Assembly (NCBI GenBank): GCA_964187785.1
Contig: OZ076409.1
Coordinates: 45,448,001 to 45,512,000, forward strand
DNA length: 64,000 bases
Direction: 5' to 3'
Source of the DNA: Amphiscolops sp. MND2022
Taxonomy: Eukaryota
In this document: one piece after another, positions 12,095 to 24,358 of the stretch
How positions within the stretch are numbered: the stretch's first letter is position 1
Layout: every line of letters begins with the position of its first letter
The notes under the pieces: model-generated
Told to the model about the DNA's origin: nothing
What the model saw: only the letters and a program-made list of their open reading frames with translations
Databases searched by the model: none
Program-made: the position numbers and the translations under genes

Positions 12095-12164
12095 CCCCAG
12101 AGAGATTCGAACCTGCAGCCTCCCGATTGCGCGGCATAAGTGTTAACCACTGTGCCATAAGGAC
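12095..12164 (-). ncRNA. tRNA-derived sequence (SINE head or tRNA pseudogene)
   Basis: The minus strand has an A-box-like TGGCACAGTGG and a B-box GGTTCGAATC at tRNA spacing. Acceptor and anticodon stems pair poorly, so this is not called a functional tRNA. Confidence 0.6.
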
Positions 12165-12239
12165 GTTATTGAATAAAGTTGAACTGTTGAATATATACGC
12201 ATGCTATTAAAATAATATATATACGCATATTAAAATAAT

Positions 12240-12372
12240 CGTTGTCTTCGTCATGTGTTGCGAAGCACCGCTTCGCCTCTGTGTTGAGATTTTTTCCTAA
12301 ATCATTTCCTTAACGATTTGAAGTCTTTTGAGCCTTTAGCAGGGCGCCGACTTATGTCGTTCCCGACTCGTT
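12240..12372 (+). mobile_element. 3' end of an oppositely oriented HINE-like element
   Basis: GGCGCCGACT subTIR followed by the stem-loop GTCG-TTCC-CGAC and CGTT. The 5' end was not recognised. Confidence 0.55.
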
Positions 12373-12741
12373 GATTGCAAAATTTTGGTTGAAATAGATT
12401 TTCAATTTGTTGAAACCGATTCAATTTCATTTTATCTCAATCCTTAGAATTCTTGAACTGAAAAGGGGCGTTTTTCAGATCTATGGTCACATTCAGTTCT
12501 TGAGCAGCTGAGAATCGAGTGTGCCGAATCGACTACCTCTCAAAACAATGAAGCACAATAAAAACATCCTCTAGAATGCATTCTCATCATAGATTTGAGA
12601 TCAATATTTATTAGTTTACTTATAGTTACCAAATGAAATCTTAGTTCAAAAATGTTAGTTTTTTAATTGATTAATTGATTCCTTCAACAAACGTGCAGTT
12701 TGATAATTTCTCTTTTGTAAACTGGAAATAGTTGCGGGTGA

Positions 12742-14010
12742 GTCGCAATATCGAGAAAAGCGTTCACCCTGGCCCCTGATAGCTATTCGAGATCGCCCAA
12801 TGGCGGAGGCGATGATCCAAACCCCACTGGGAGGAATTCCAATGGCAACCTTAGCACAAGACGCAGTAAACGTTGGCCCAAATTCCTGCTATGTGGGTTA
12901 TGTGCCAGCAGTTGCCACGGACCTGAGTCATCGGCTCCTTCGTGTACCTTGAACTCCGACCAACGGAGGGCAATCCAAGTGAATCGCAACATTGACAAAT
13001 CTTTGCGAGAAGAGAAGGAACGAATTGCACGTGACGTAAAGCTGTTGCTCCTTGGTGCTGGTGAAAGTGGCAAGAGCACGATTGTGAAACAGATGCAAAT
13101 CATCCACAGGACCGGCTACAACGAAGACGACTGTATGAAGTATAAACCTGTTGTTTTTAGTAACACTGTCCAGAGTATGGTTGCCATTATCCGTGCAATG
13201 GGCAGGTTAGAAATCAGCTTCAGTTCGCCAGAGACAGAAGAAACTGCCAGGAGATTTTTTCGACTGGCCCAGGAACACGCCGAGCGAGAGTGCCGCGACC
13301 TGTCGGAAGAGTTTTGGGAGACAATCAGAATTTTGTGGCAGGACAGCGGCATCCAAGAGTGCTACTCCCGAGCTAACGAGTACCAGCTGAACGATTCTGC
13401 TGGCTATTACTTTAACTCAATAGACAGAATATCACAACCTGACTACATGCCAACCGAACAAGACATCCTGAGGACCAGAGTGCGAACAGCCGGCATAGTT
13501 GAGATCCAGTTCAGCTTCCGTAGGCTCAACTTCAGAATGTTTGACGTCGGAGGTCAAAGGTCGGAGCGAAAGAAATGGATTCACTGCTTCGAGGGGGTCA
13601 CTGTCATCATTTTTTGTGCAGCCTTGTCTGCGTATGATCAGGTGCTGGCTGAAGACGAAGAAACCAACAGGATGCACGAGAGCATGGAATTGTTCGAATC
13701 AATCTGTAATAGCAAATGGTTCTGCACCACCTCAATTATACTTTTCCTCAACAAAATGGACCTTTTCGAAGCCAAAATTCAGAACTCACCTCTCACTATC
13801 TGCTACCCCGAGTATACAGGTGAAAATAATTACAACGATGCCGGCCACTACATTCAAGAAAAGTTTGAAAATTTGAACAAGAAGAAAGACACCAAAGAAG
13901 TTTATCCTCATTTTACTTGTGCTACTGATACCACTAACATACAGTTCGTTTTTGACGCTGTCACAGACGTGATCGTAAAAAAGAATCTACAAGAATGTGG
14001 TCTTTACTAA
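12742..14010 (+). CDS. GNAI: Heterotrimeric G protein alpha subunit, Gi/o family; single coding block, start codon unresolved
   Basis: [62 protein letters not shown]-terminus KNLQECGLY. The frame is open from 12742 to the stop at 14010 with no intron. The symbol is family-level only. Confidence 0.93.
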   Translation, partial: VAISRKAFTLAPDSYSRSPNGGGDDPNPTGRNSNGNLSTRRSKRWPKFLLCGLCASSCHGPESSAPSCTLNSDQRRAIQVNRNIDKSLREEKERIARDVKLLLLGAGESGKSTIVKQMQIIHRTGYNEDDCMKYKPVVFSNTVQSMVAIIRAMGRLEISFSSPETEETARRFFRLAQEHAERECRDLSEEFWETIRILWQDSGIQECYSRANEYQLNDSAGYYFNSIDRISQPDYMPTEQDILRTRVRTAGIVEIQFSFRRLNFRMFDVGGQRSERKKWIHCFEGVTVIIFCAALSAYDQVLAEDEETNRMHESMELFESICNSKWFCTTSIILFLNKMDLFEAKIQNSPLTICYPEYTGENNYNDAGHYIQEKFENLNKKKDTKEVYPHFTCATDTTNIQFVFDAVTDVIVKKNLQECGLY

Positions 14011-15959
14011 AATTATCTGTCTCTAGAAATCATCAATGCCAATTTTGCTACCAATTCTGATTGTTTGCTGCTTCTAGTCAACAACAAGTTGTCGTCCCCT
14101 CTGGAAATTGTTGTCATCTGGAACGGGCTGCCTCCTGGTCTTTCGCCGCAGTCACCCAGCAAGTGGTAGCACCCTTCATCAACCCCTATCAACCAGCTGT
14201 ATGTCTCATTATTATCAATTCAGCCACCTTGAGTGCTTGATTTTAAATAGTTGTCTTGATCCAAATACACATACCCTCTTTCGTTTCTGCAGTAAATGTG
14301 ATGGATTGTTTTTCCTCCTTCGTAGCTCCACCTCAGCGTTTTGCGCGCAACCGGTTGTTTCTTTGAGGCTCCAAATGTAAACTCTTGTCGATGGACAATA
14401 AACTAATGTGCTATTAGTCGAGACTACTTTCGTGCAGTTCCTGCTGATTTTTAGAATTGTTCAGATTTAGGCCCGACTGGAAGTTTTTTAACGTTGAATT
14501 GTTAATTTCGGTGTCTTAATCTGATCCTTCTCCCTTTTTGCGTCTAAATGACTTCGGTTTTTGTCTCCCTTGCTTTTTTTTCGCAAAACGGTCACTTAAA
14601 ATGTGGCGGGCAGTTCGTGGCCTCGTGCAGATTTACAGTTCTACAAAAATGGCAAGCAGTCTGCCCTTTTCAAATATTTGATCATTTCGAATGTGGTGGG
14701 TAGTGGTTTTTTTCATTAGGAACTCCACAGTGTGTTATTTTGAATTGCTTTCTAATGATCGATGAATCAGCTACTTCATCGAAATGGTGGACTACGGAAT
14801 AAAGTCAGTCTTATCAAAGTAAAAAATACCGCGTTTCTCTGATTATCTGGCATTCTGCGAATATATCATACCACTCAAAATTTGATGGGCGCTCCAATGT
14901 GAGACATTCCCAAGTATAAAACCCAAAATCACTAGCATTCTTAGAGATCAACCAACATTCGATGAATCATTCTGTCCTTCCGATCGGTACCTTTTGCTCA
15001 GATTAGTCGTTAATAATTGATAATTGTCTGTGAAAGTGTTGATAAAAACAATTTTTTTTCAATGAGCACCTTTTTTCATTGAAAAGAGGCCCTATTATAG
15101 AAAATGGTACGGAACAACGAATACAATGCTTTATGACCAGAGAACATGGTTCTAAGATCATCGTGTAGTGAGCTCTAATGCATTAGCTATTTGCATCATC
15201 CTAATGCACCAATTTCTCACTTCTGGCACTGAAATTACTGATCATCATAGAAAACACGAAAGAGTTCAAGATTTCTAATCCTATCGATTGCTTTTGTTGC
15301 CCGGAAGAGTGAAGTGGTGCCAACAATAACCTCTAACCTTTTGATGAACCTGATCTACTAGCTGCATCTTAGATAAAGCTAACCTAACTGTTGCGTTAAT
15401 TATCCCATGTCTCACGGCGTCCTCGTCTCAAATGCAACTGCAGAACAGCAACTGCCACCGCAAACGCCACAAATTCCGTGCAATTCCAATTCTCATCCAT
15501 TTTAAATGGTGCAATAAATCCAAATATTATCTCAAAACGTTTCAAGTCCAAATCCATTGTAAATATAGTTCCACTGCTTTGCTGTCCATCACGACCGCAA
15601 ATGCATTCATGATGTTCAAGGTGGAATTATCTGCCTCCGAAAAGTGCAGAAATGTTTTTATTAATGTCATTTGTATTATATTTTTTATAATTATACATTT
15701 TCATAGTTACCTTCTCAAAAAACAGCTAAGAACTGAGTTTTAGTAGAAAACAGGGATGGGGAAATATTGTTTTTCTTCCAGAAAACTTTTATTTTCGAAA
15801 ACGATTTTTTCGAAATTTTAAAAAACTTTTCCTCCAAATCATTATTTAGTTGTTTAAATAATTATAATTTTCGTGCTTTGTCCACGCCAAGACATCATCG
15901 CAGCATCCCGTAGCTCATGCCCATTATCGAGAAGTGCCGTTGCAGCTGGCACGGCATCC

Positions 15960-16040
15960 CTCTCACATGTTGCACTGGGCTCGGGTAGTTCCACCAACAT
16001 CAATTTCGGTAAATTGTTGCCAAACTTGGTTTTTTTACCA
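15960..16040 (-). pseudogene. BED zinc-finger remnant (probable decayed hAT transposase)
   Basis: A minus frame reads KKNQVWQQFTEIDVGGTTRAQCNM*, matching the BED pattern VWxxF...AxCxxC with the second Cys replaced by TGA. Confidence 0.45.
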
Positions 16041-16162
16041 GCATCAGTAAACATTTATAAAATAAATATAATATAAATAAAATGAACAAGCCGGGAACGG
16101 CCCAAGTCGGCGCCATATCTAAGGCGCCGACTTTATAAAATAAATATAATATAAATAAAATG

Positions 16163-16690
16163 AACAAGCCGGGAACGGCCCAAGTCGGCGCCATATCTAA
16201 GGCTCAAAAAGACTCGAAAACGAAAACCACTTTTTCTACAACTGGAGACAACAAAAGCTCGCAAAAAACTAAAAATTGAGAAAAAAAAATTCCGAATTTT
16301 TTTTCGAATTTTGAAGTTTCCGGTAAGTCGCACAGTGCCGAAAAATGTAAAAGGGGGACGCTTTGAGATTTTTTGAACATACATTCTGTTGCAAAATATC
16401 AAAAATTGATGGGAGGAACAATAAAAAAATTTCGGAAAAAAAATCAGTCTCACAGTGTCGAAAAAAGGAGGAAAGTCTCATAGTGTCGAAAAAAGTGGAC
16501 CCTTCTGCTTTGGAATGGCTTTTTATCTCATGTTAGAGGCTTTGGATGCGTTGAAAATGTACTAAGTACATATGGTAAAAGTTGGTAAATGTGCATTAAT
16601 GCACAAAAAGTGGACGTTTCGCGTTGAACTGACGAAAAAAAACTAGCCACTGTAAGAGTCGGGATTTTCTTCGAAAACGCCGACTAAAAA
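16163..16690 (-). mobile_element. HINE-like element, preceded by a 78-bp duplication containing a minimal copy
   Basis: Same termini as 11251-11806 (AACAAGCCGGGAACGGCCCAAGTCGGCGCC ... AAAACGCCGACTAAAAA). Confidence 0.78.
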
Positions 16691-16729
16691 TCGAAGAAAA
16701 CATGTTTTTATTTTCCGCCCATATTCCAT

Positions 16730-17680
16730 ATGGGGAAGGAGAATATTTAAATCAAACGGGTTTTCACAAAATTTAGCAAGCACCAAACTTATATTCAAAT
16801 TTAAGGGTGTTACCCGTAGAATTCGACTCACATAACTTTAGCTTCGTGCGATTTGTATTTGCGGAGATTTCTGGACTTTTTTAGTTGACCTCAAGGACCC
16901 CAGAATGACCTCAAAAAATAAGAAAATTTGCAAAAATTTCCAATTTTTGACGTTTCAATGCAGTTTTTGTCAATTTTTCAATAGATATCGTGGTTTAGAA
17001 TGTTGAAAACGTTCAACAAGACACAAATTCGTTGTCCAGTAGGCTTCTATGAAGAAATAATTGCAGTTTTCAATGAAAATTGTCTCATTACCACCGAAAA
17101 TTACAAAAACCCAAAAACATCCCCATTTTTATCGTTTTTTGCAATTTTTGATAGATTTCGTGGATTAGAATGTTGAAAACGCTCAACACGGCACAAATTC
17201 GTTGTCCAGTAGGCTTTAACGAAGAGAAAATTGCAGTTTTCTGAATGAAAAATGTCTCAAATTGACACCAAAATGACAAAAACCTGAAATTTTCAAGTTT
17301 TGAAGTTTTTATGCATTTTTAAACAAATTTTCGACAGACTTCGTGGAATGGAATGTTAAAAGGGTCAACAAGGAAAGCATTAAATGTCCAGTAGTCTTTT
17401 ATGAAGAGATAATTGTAGTTTCTAAATGAAAAAAAATCTCAAATTGACATCGAAAGTGACAAAAGTCAAAATTTTCCAATTTTTAAAGTTTTTATGCATT
17501 TTTCCCCTAATTTTCGGCAGACTTCAAAGATGGGAATGTTGAAAAGGGTCAACGAGGGAACCGTGTGTTGTCCAGTATGTTTAGTCAACAGATACATGCA
17601 GTTTTTCAATTGAAAATTGTCTGGAATTGACATCAGAAAACACAAAAACTCGAAAATTTTCAATTTTTAGATGTTTGCTT
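16730..17680. repeat. Dispersed repeat: unique head followed by about four degenerate 170-185-bp tandem units
   Basis: TGTCCAGTA recurs at ~17033, 17204, 17385 and 17568. The head AATATTTAAATCAAACGG...GAATTCGACTCACATAA is shared with ~21325-21425. Confidence 0.7.
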
Positions 17681-18121
17681 TGCCTTTTGCTACGACTGAT
17701 CTAACCACTTTAACTGTCAATTGGAGATCGGGGCCAAATGTATCCTGATGTTTCTGAGAACTCAATCATAGAAGGTTAAAGTGTGCACCCGTGATCTGCA
17801 AAGGAGGAAAAATCAGTGAGAATGCATATCAAAAGTAATACTCATGCCAGCCAATGTTGTGGTTATATAATTCCGGCACTTAACTATGCTTTTCAAGTAT
17901 TACGTGCTAGTTTAGGATCAATGGAGAACATTCAACCTCAAGTGATATCATAGATTATTAACGATGCTTGCGAAGACTTCGAAACACAATTTGAAAATCG
18001 AAACTCATTTGCTGTCAGTATGGAAACGAGTTGGACGAAAAGTTTGACAAAAATTCGATTAACCACGTCATCTAGGAGAGTTACCGAAATGGGTTTGACC
18101 CAATGAATCCGGGTAAAAGAG

Positions 18122-18689
18122 AACAAGACGGGAACGTCTAAAGTCTGCGCTATATCTAAGGCTCAAAAGGCGCAAAGTTTTTAAAATTGTAAAAGGGGGG
18201 ACCCTTTAGACTTTTTCAAATCTAGTTTGTTGCAAAGTATCAAAGAGTTGAAGGGGGACCCTTTGGAGACATTAATTTTTTTTTTAAAATTTTCGAAAAA
18301 AAAACGAAAAATGAGAAGTCTCATAGTGCCGAAAAACTAGAAAGGGAAAACCTTTCGGGCTTTTTGAAACTTCAGTTTGCTGCAAAATATCAATAAACTT
18401 GAAGGGGGGACTCTTTGGCAACAAAACAAAATTCGAAAAAGTCGCACAGTGCCGAAAAAAAATTCAAAGGGGGACCCTGTAGTCCCTTCGGTTTTGTACC
18501 TTACGTTAAAAATTGAATACACGGAAGGGGGACCCTTTGCACTTACTTAGATGCGTTTCCGCTTGCCGGTCCAGTAGTTTAGTAGTTCTGTAGAAAAAGT
18601 GTCCACTACGCATACATTCTGTGGTCTGACGAAAAAAACTTGCCACTGTCATAGTCGGGCTCATTTTGATAAAATGCGCCAACTAAAAA
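18122..18689 (-). mobile_element. HINE-like element
   Basis: Same terminal architecture and internal GGGGGACCCTTT repeats as the other copies. Confidence 0.72.
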
Positions 18690-19116
18690 CATGTCAAAAA
18701 CTTTAGTTCGTATGCTCAGTGTTTTTTTCTGAACCAGACGTACTAGGCCAAAATGGTCGCTATTTTTTTTACTTTGAATTCTGTTTTTGCAAAATCTAAA
18801 GACACAACTTTGACAGCCAGTGTTTGATGGAATTTTCTTACATGCTGTACAGTTGGAACTTGTTATGGTAAGCTTAATGCTTGTCAAACGTTTTGAGGGG
18901 AGAAGGAAGGGGGTGGAAGACGGCACTCATCCGTGGTCTGCAAAGGTGGGGAATCATTCAGGAAAATATCGAAACAAGACGTCTCACTTGGGCGTACCAC
19001 ACCCCAGTAGTCCGACCAAATTAAACAAACCTACAAGCATCCCACATTAATCTAACAGAGCTACTGTTATAAAAGTAGATCCGGAGAGTAAAAATCTTCA
19101 AAAACGTACTCGTCGC

Positions 19117-19260
19117 TCAATATTTATAAACAATTGCAAGAGCATTATCAACTTGTAGTGCCATTGAGATACGTTGCTTCACCAAATTACCTGCTCCCTG
19201 GTGGTCGTCCGAACAACAGAGGATATTAAAAACACGCGTTACAAAAGAAACTCGCTGCTT
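19117..19260 (-). mobile_element. 3' fragment of a CRE-like RLE retroposon
   Basis: DDHQGAGNLVKQRISMALQVDNA matches the C-terminus of the copy near 33580-33660. Confidence 0.6.
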
Positions 19261-21319
19261 CCATATAAAAACCCACTTTCCACTGCTACTAGACATGCGA
19301 AATTGCAAACGTTAATTTCTGAAGCGTAAATTACATAGAATGTTTATGAGCTTGCAGATGGAATCGGAAGGCCACACAATGTATCCAGCAGATCCGAGTG
19401 TGTACTTGTGCAGTACGGAAAACATGCAAAGCTAACTCCTAAGTGCCATTTTTAGTACCTACACCCGTTTGACGACTTCAGTATCTTGCTTGTTGCGACT
19501 CAAAAAGGGTTCAGCACATCTTGTAGACAGCCGGCGGAGAGTGTTGCCAACTGCAATGAAGTGAAGATCTCTACCAGACTTCTTAATTTCAACCAATTTA
19601 GCAAAAGAAAAGAAGGTTCCACTGTCTGTCGCTGCTTCCTACCTGAATCATCATTACAAAGATAACTGAAACGTTTCGAAAAGTGAATTTTTGCGGATTT
19701 GATTTGGCTATCAAAGCCTTCAATTTTGATTGTGAAATGCCGTGCAAACCAGCATCAGACCAATTCGAAAGGAAATGAGAGATTTGTGTATGAAAAACAT
19801 ATTCGATAGAAAGTCATCGGTACTCATGTTTTGTATCAGAACCAAGTTCTCTCTGAGGATGTTTTTGCATGAGGCCCCGTGAAATAAACAGTTTTGTCAC
19901 ACACAGCCTTTCCTAATTCTGTGTCTCTGTTGGTTTCGTCTATTCGAATACAATACCATCGCAGCCTCTAATCTTTTAAGGTTTTCTGTAGCTGTTTTCT
20001 GTCGCGTTCTGAGACGTAGTGTTGATTTATGGCGTTTACTTTTGCTGTTTTTTGTCCGAAAAACTAATTGAGGAGAGCAGTTTGTACCACTTGAAGAATT
20101 TCTGCATTTTTTGTTCAAATTGTTTAATCCTGGGTTCAAATTTTCAACTGAAGGCATCTGCGAGTTTTTCGACTCTTCTCAATAGCGAATTGAACCGGGA
20201 ATGTAATTTGAATTTGTCTTTCTTCGAGGTAGGAGGTAGGGACAGTAATCACTAAAAGGCACTCATCACACTTATTTTCAGAGACTGCGAGCATCACATG
20301 TTGTTTTCCATCTATTTCGTTGTTTTCCATCTATTTTGAGCCATACCAGGAATACAACTGTTTGGTGAGTGCCAAACTCCCCAAACAGAAGCAAAACTAG
20401 GTGACATTTCAATAAACTTTGTTTTGAGGAAACCAGAAGAACATCTAAAGCCTACAATCCAACGCCTAAAACTTAACAATGTGGCAAGATCAATGGCAAA
20501 GAGTCCTATTTGCGGCTTCCTTTGGCTCGAAAAGTTTCCAAAGAAGAAGAAAAGACGTTAAAAGAATCATCGTACCGTGTTCCGTTTGTTATTCAGAATA
20601 AAGGCAAAAACAAACAAACAAAACAGCGCCAGAGATGCTACTGAAAAACTTTGTCGTGTCAGATCATTGCAATCACAAAAATACAATCATTGCAATCACA
20701 AAAATATGATTCACCTCATTCTTTCCATCAGAAATAGAAAACCAAAGCAGGATCTAAGGCCTATAATCTAACGATTTCGCAAGCTCAATTGGAAAATGTA
20801 CTGGCTCAAATCTCTGAAAACTTTAACTTTGAATGACGTTATTTCAACGTTAAAATTTCATATTAACATTGAAATCAAAATTACCAGTTATTCATTTCGA
20901 GGGAAATAGCAATTCTTGTAGTTGGAGAAAACGATACGAAAGTAAAATTTGGCTATCGATCAGAAGTGTCTATTAACAATCCCTTCTGCCGAATTGATCC
21001 ATTTTAAGCAGTTTTCGAACGAATTCGATTGTTTTCAGTCTTTCCACATTTCCAACCAGCAAGAATTAATGTAGTTTTATATAAACACAATCATGGTTTT
21101 TTGAAAATTGGACTGAGCTGCAGATAATAATATTGGAGATAATCTTTTTGATATGAAGTTCGAGGATTTTCTTGGATGTCAATCTGATGTGATCTTGCCT
21201 GTCTGAGAAGTGGTTTAGTAGATCTTTTTGCGAAGCTTCTAAAAGAAATGGTACGCCTGAAAAGCAAATTAGGTCAATATTAGTCCTGTAAAGACTAATG
21301 GTTACACGCTTTTGATTAT

Positions 21320-22700
21320 CCGAGAAAAATATTTAAATCAAACGGCTTCTCTACAAAATTTGTCAAGTACCAAATTTATAATCAAATTGAAAGATGTCGC
21401 CAATAGAATTCAACTCACATAAAATTGGATCCGTGCAATATGTCTCTGTACAGATTTTTGGACCTGTTTGGTTGACTCCAAGGACTCCAAAATTACCCAA
21501 AAACGACCCCAAAATGGTAAAAATTTGCATAAATTTCTGATTTTTAACGTTTTTTTTGCAATTTTTGTCAAATTTTCGAAAGACTCGGTGGCTTAAGAAA
21601 GTTCAACACGCATGATTTGATTCTCTAAAAGGCTTCTTTGAAATGAAAAAACTGCTTTTTATATCAAAAAAGGCCTCACATTGAGACCGAAATTGACAAA
21701 ATAACCAAAAGTTTCCAAAGATTTTCATGTAATTTATGTCAATTTTTGTATTGACTTCGTGCATTAGAATGTTTAAAGCGTTCAACCAGGAAAGAATTCG
21801 TTGTCCGGTAGGCATTTTGGAAAAGATTAATGGGGTTATTTAAAAGAAAAAGGCATCAAATCGGGAAAAAATGAAAAAAGTTTGTAAAATTTCCGATTTT
21901 CAAAATTTTCAAACATCTTTTGGTAAAGTTTTCAGTAGACTTCGTGGTTTAGAATGATGAAAACGATCAAAAAGGCAAAAAAAAACGTTGTCCAGTTTTT
22001 TGAAGAAAATTATCGCGGTTTTTATAGTTTTCTTATTTTTATAGGTTCCCAAGCAGTCTTAAAAATTTTCTGATTTCTATAGTTTTCCAAGCAAGTTCAA
22101 TGACTTTCGACAGACTTCGTGGATTAGATTGATGAAACGGTCAACAATGAAAGAATTTTTTGATTATCAGACTTAGTGAAGAGATAAAAGAGGTTTTCAA
22201 CTAAAAAATGTCTCGAATTGACACCGAAAAAAAACAGAATTTCCAAAATTTTAGGTTTTTCACTTCTTTGGTTCAAATTTTGTCAATTTATTGATAGACT
22301 TCGTCTACTAGATAGTGGAAACTGCTAAAAAAAGGAGAATTCGTTGTTCGATAGGACGTACTTGAAAGACAAATACAGTACAATTTCTGTACAATTTGCC
22401 AGAGAGTAAATGGGTTAGAAGTTCCAAAAAGTTCTAAAAGAACTAGCTGTGCAGTACGCCTGTTTGAAGCCAACCTTGCAGAGGTTCGCTTCAGAATTAC
22501 TCCAAATGAGTGAATCCTTCTGATAGGCTCCAACGTCTTCACGTTTTTTTGCCACTTATGTCTATTTTTTGAAGTTGTTTGGAGTCAAAACTTTAAAAAC
22601 GATCAACAACGATTAAATGCGTTCCCCAGTAGGCTCTTTTGAAGAAATATATGCAGATTTCGGTCGGAAAAAGCTTCAAAATGGACAGCAAAAGTCAAAT
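21320..22700. repeat. Second, more diverged copy of the dispersed repeat with ~180-bp tandem units
   Basis: Head homologous to 16740-16920; recurring GACTTCGTG...TTAGAAT...TTCGTTGTCC units. Related pieces at ~23600-23690 and ~24560-24710. Confidence 0.65.
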
Positions 22701-23767
22701 ACGCCAAGTTTTTAGCTGAACTTTGATGATTTTAGTGAGTTTTCATTTGAGATTGGAAACTTTTGGAAAAATGAAAGCTTCGAAAAGGAACAGACAAGGA
22801 AATTGCGCTCTCAACGGGAAACTTGTTCTTTTTATAATGGAAAGTTAGGTCGAATGGCCAAACTCGTCCAAAAAACATGAAGTTTTCTAAGTTTTTCGCT
22901 ATGCACATTTTAAAAATATTTTCAGTCTTTTTCTTACATATAGTAGTCGAAAAAATCTATTAACGACTAATGCGGATTTCCAGAAAAGGTTTTCGAAGGT
23001 ATAACCGCAATTTTTTGTTAGAATTGGCCTCAAAATCACCACAAACTCGAAAAGCACGTTTTCTGACAAAATAGTTCCAAACTTTGTTCAACCACTGAAA
23101 GCTTTTGCAGAATAGATGTTCAATTCACCTGGAAGTTGATAAAGTAGGGTAATCGAAACAAAATATGGGGAAAAGTTAGATAATGTTCCTTGAATTTGAA
23201 AACACAGGTTTCGAAATGTCCGGATTCGCCCAATTTTCGAAAACATAACCCCAATTTAGGACTCTCTCCAATTTTTTAAAATACTTTGAAACTTCATAGT
23301 CTCAGAATTAAATCGTAAAGCTACCAGTTGACTCTCAAAGATATATTTGACAAAATAACTTGCAAAACTTCCAGAAAAGGTAACACGAAAACGGCACAAT
23401 TTTTTTTCTCACTTAATTTGTCAAATATTTCATATTCAATGGGCTCCAAGGAAATGCACTAGCGATGCAGTACGCCTTCCGAAGAAAAATGTGTTTGCAG
23501 TTACCAATTTGGGAAGAGAATTTCAAAAATCAAAAGACGTTTTTGTTTTTCATGTATTGTTATGCAAACGTTTCGAGCTTTTTCGTGGGTTCGAAAAGTG
23601 TACACATTCAACAACAACTGAACTCTGTATCCAGTAGGCTTTTAAGAAGAAGCGTATGTAGTTTCTCGTCAGAAACATTCCTCATGTTGAACACAAAAAT
23701 ATTTTAAAAAATCTAATATTTCCTATTTTTGAATTTTTGGTGACGTTTATGTGCAAAAATATAAAGC

Positions 23768-24358
23768 ACAAGTCCGCGCTCCGCTAAAGTTTCCTAAATA
23801 GGCTATGAACATTTTTTTTAAACTTTTATCAATTTCTCAGTGCCAAAAATAGAGAAAGAAGGCCTGAGAATTGGATACCATTTTTTTCCTACTGGAAACA
23901 AAAAAATCTATTACTTGAATTTTTTTTTTGGAAAAGTCCCATTGTGCTGAAAAAAATTTCAGCTCGCAAATTTTTTTCTCAAGCTGAAATTAGCTTTGAA
24001 AACGTGGGTATCTTTGACTAAATGAAACTTTCGGAAAGATTCACAGAGCAGAAAAAAATCTCAATAAAACGTGTTTTCAACAATTATTGCTGTTCGCAGT
24101 TCCACAGTATCAAAAAGTAACAAAGAGGTCCTCAAGACTCTGGAAACACCTTTGTGTTTATTTCACGGAAATACTCAGAAACCAAAAATTGCGTCCTCCA
24201 AGAAATCTGAGAAGATAATTAGGCCAAATGACTGCGTGGAGTTACCTGAAAGATTGAACTTTTGGTAGAACTATTTTGGATAGATCAGATGTATCGAAAA
24301 AATCTGACGAAAAGTCATGACTATAGTCACTCCTTTCTAAAGAAAAGCGCCGACTAAA
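23768..24358 (-). mobile_element. Degenerate HINE-like element
   Basis: Right end GAAAAGCGCCGACTAAA; degenerate left end ACAAGTCCGCGC. Confidence 0.5.

Noticed and set aside
12095..12164. Functional tRNA gene
   Set aside because: Acceptor and anticodon stems pair poorly; kept only as tRNA-derived.
12783..13876. Overlapping ORFs within the G-alpha gene
   Set aside because: Shadow frames of a conserved coding sequence.
19300..21300. Short ORFs suggesting a gene
   Set aside because: No recognisable motif or consistent exon chain.
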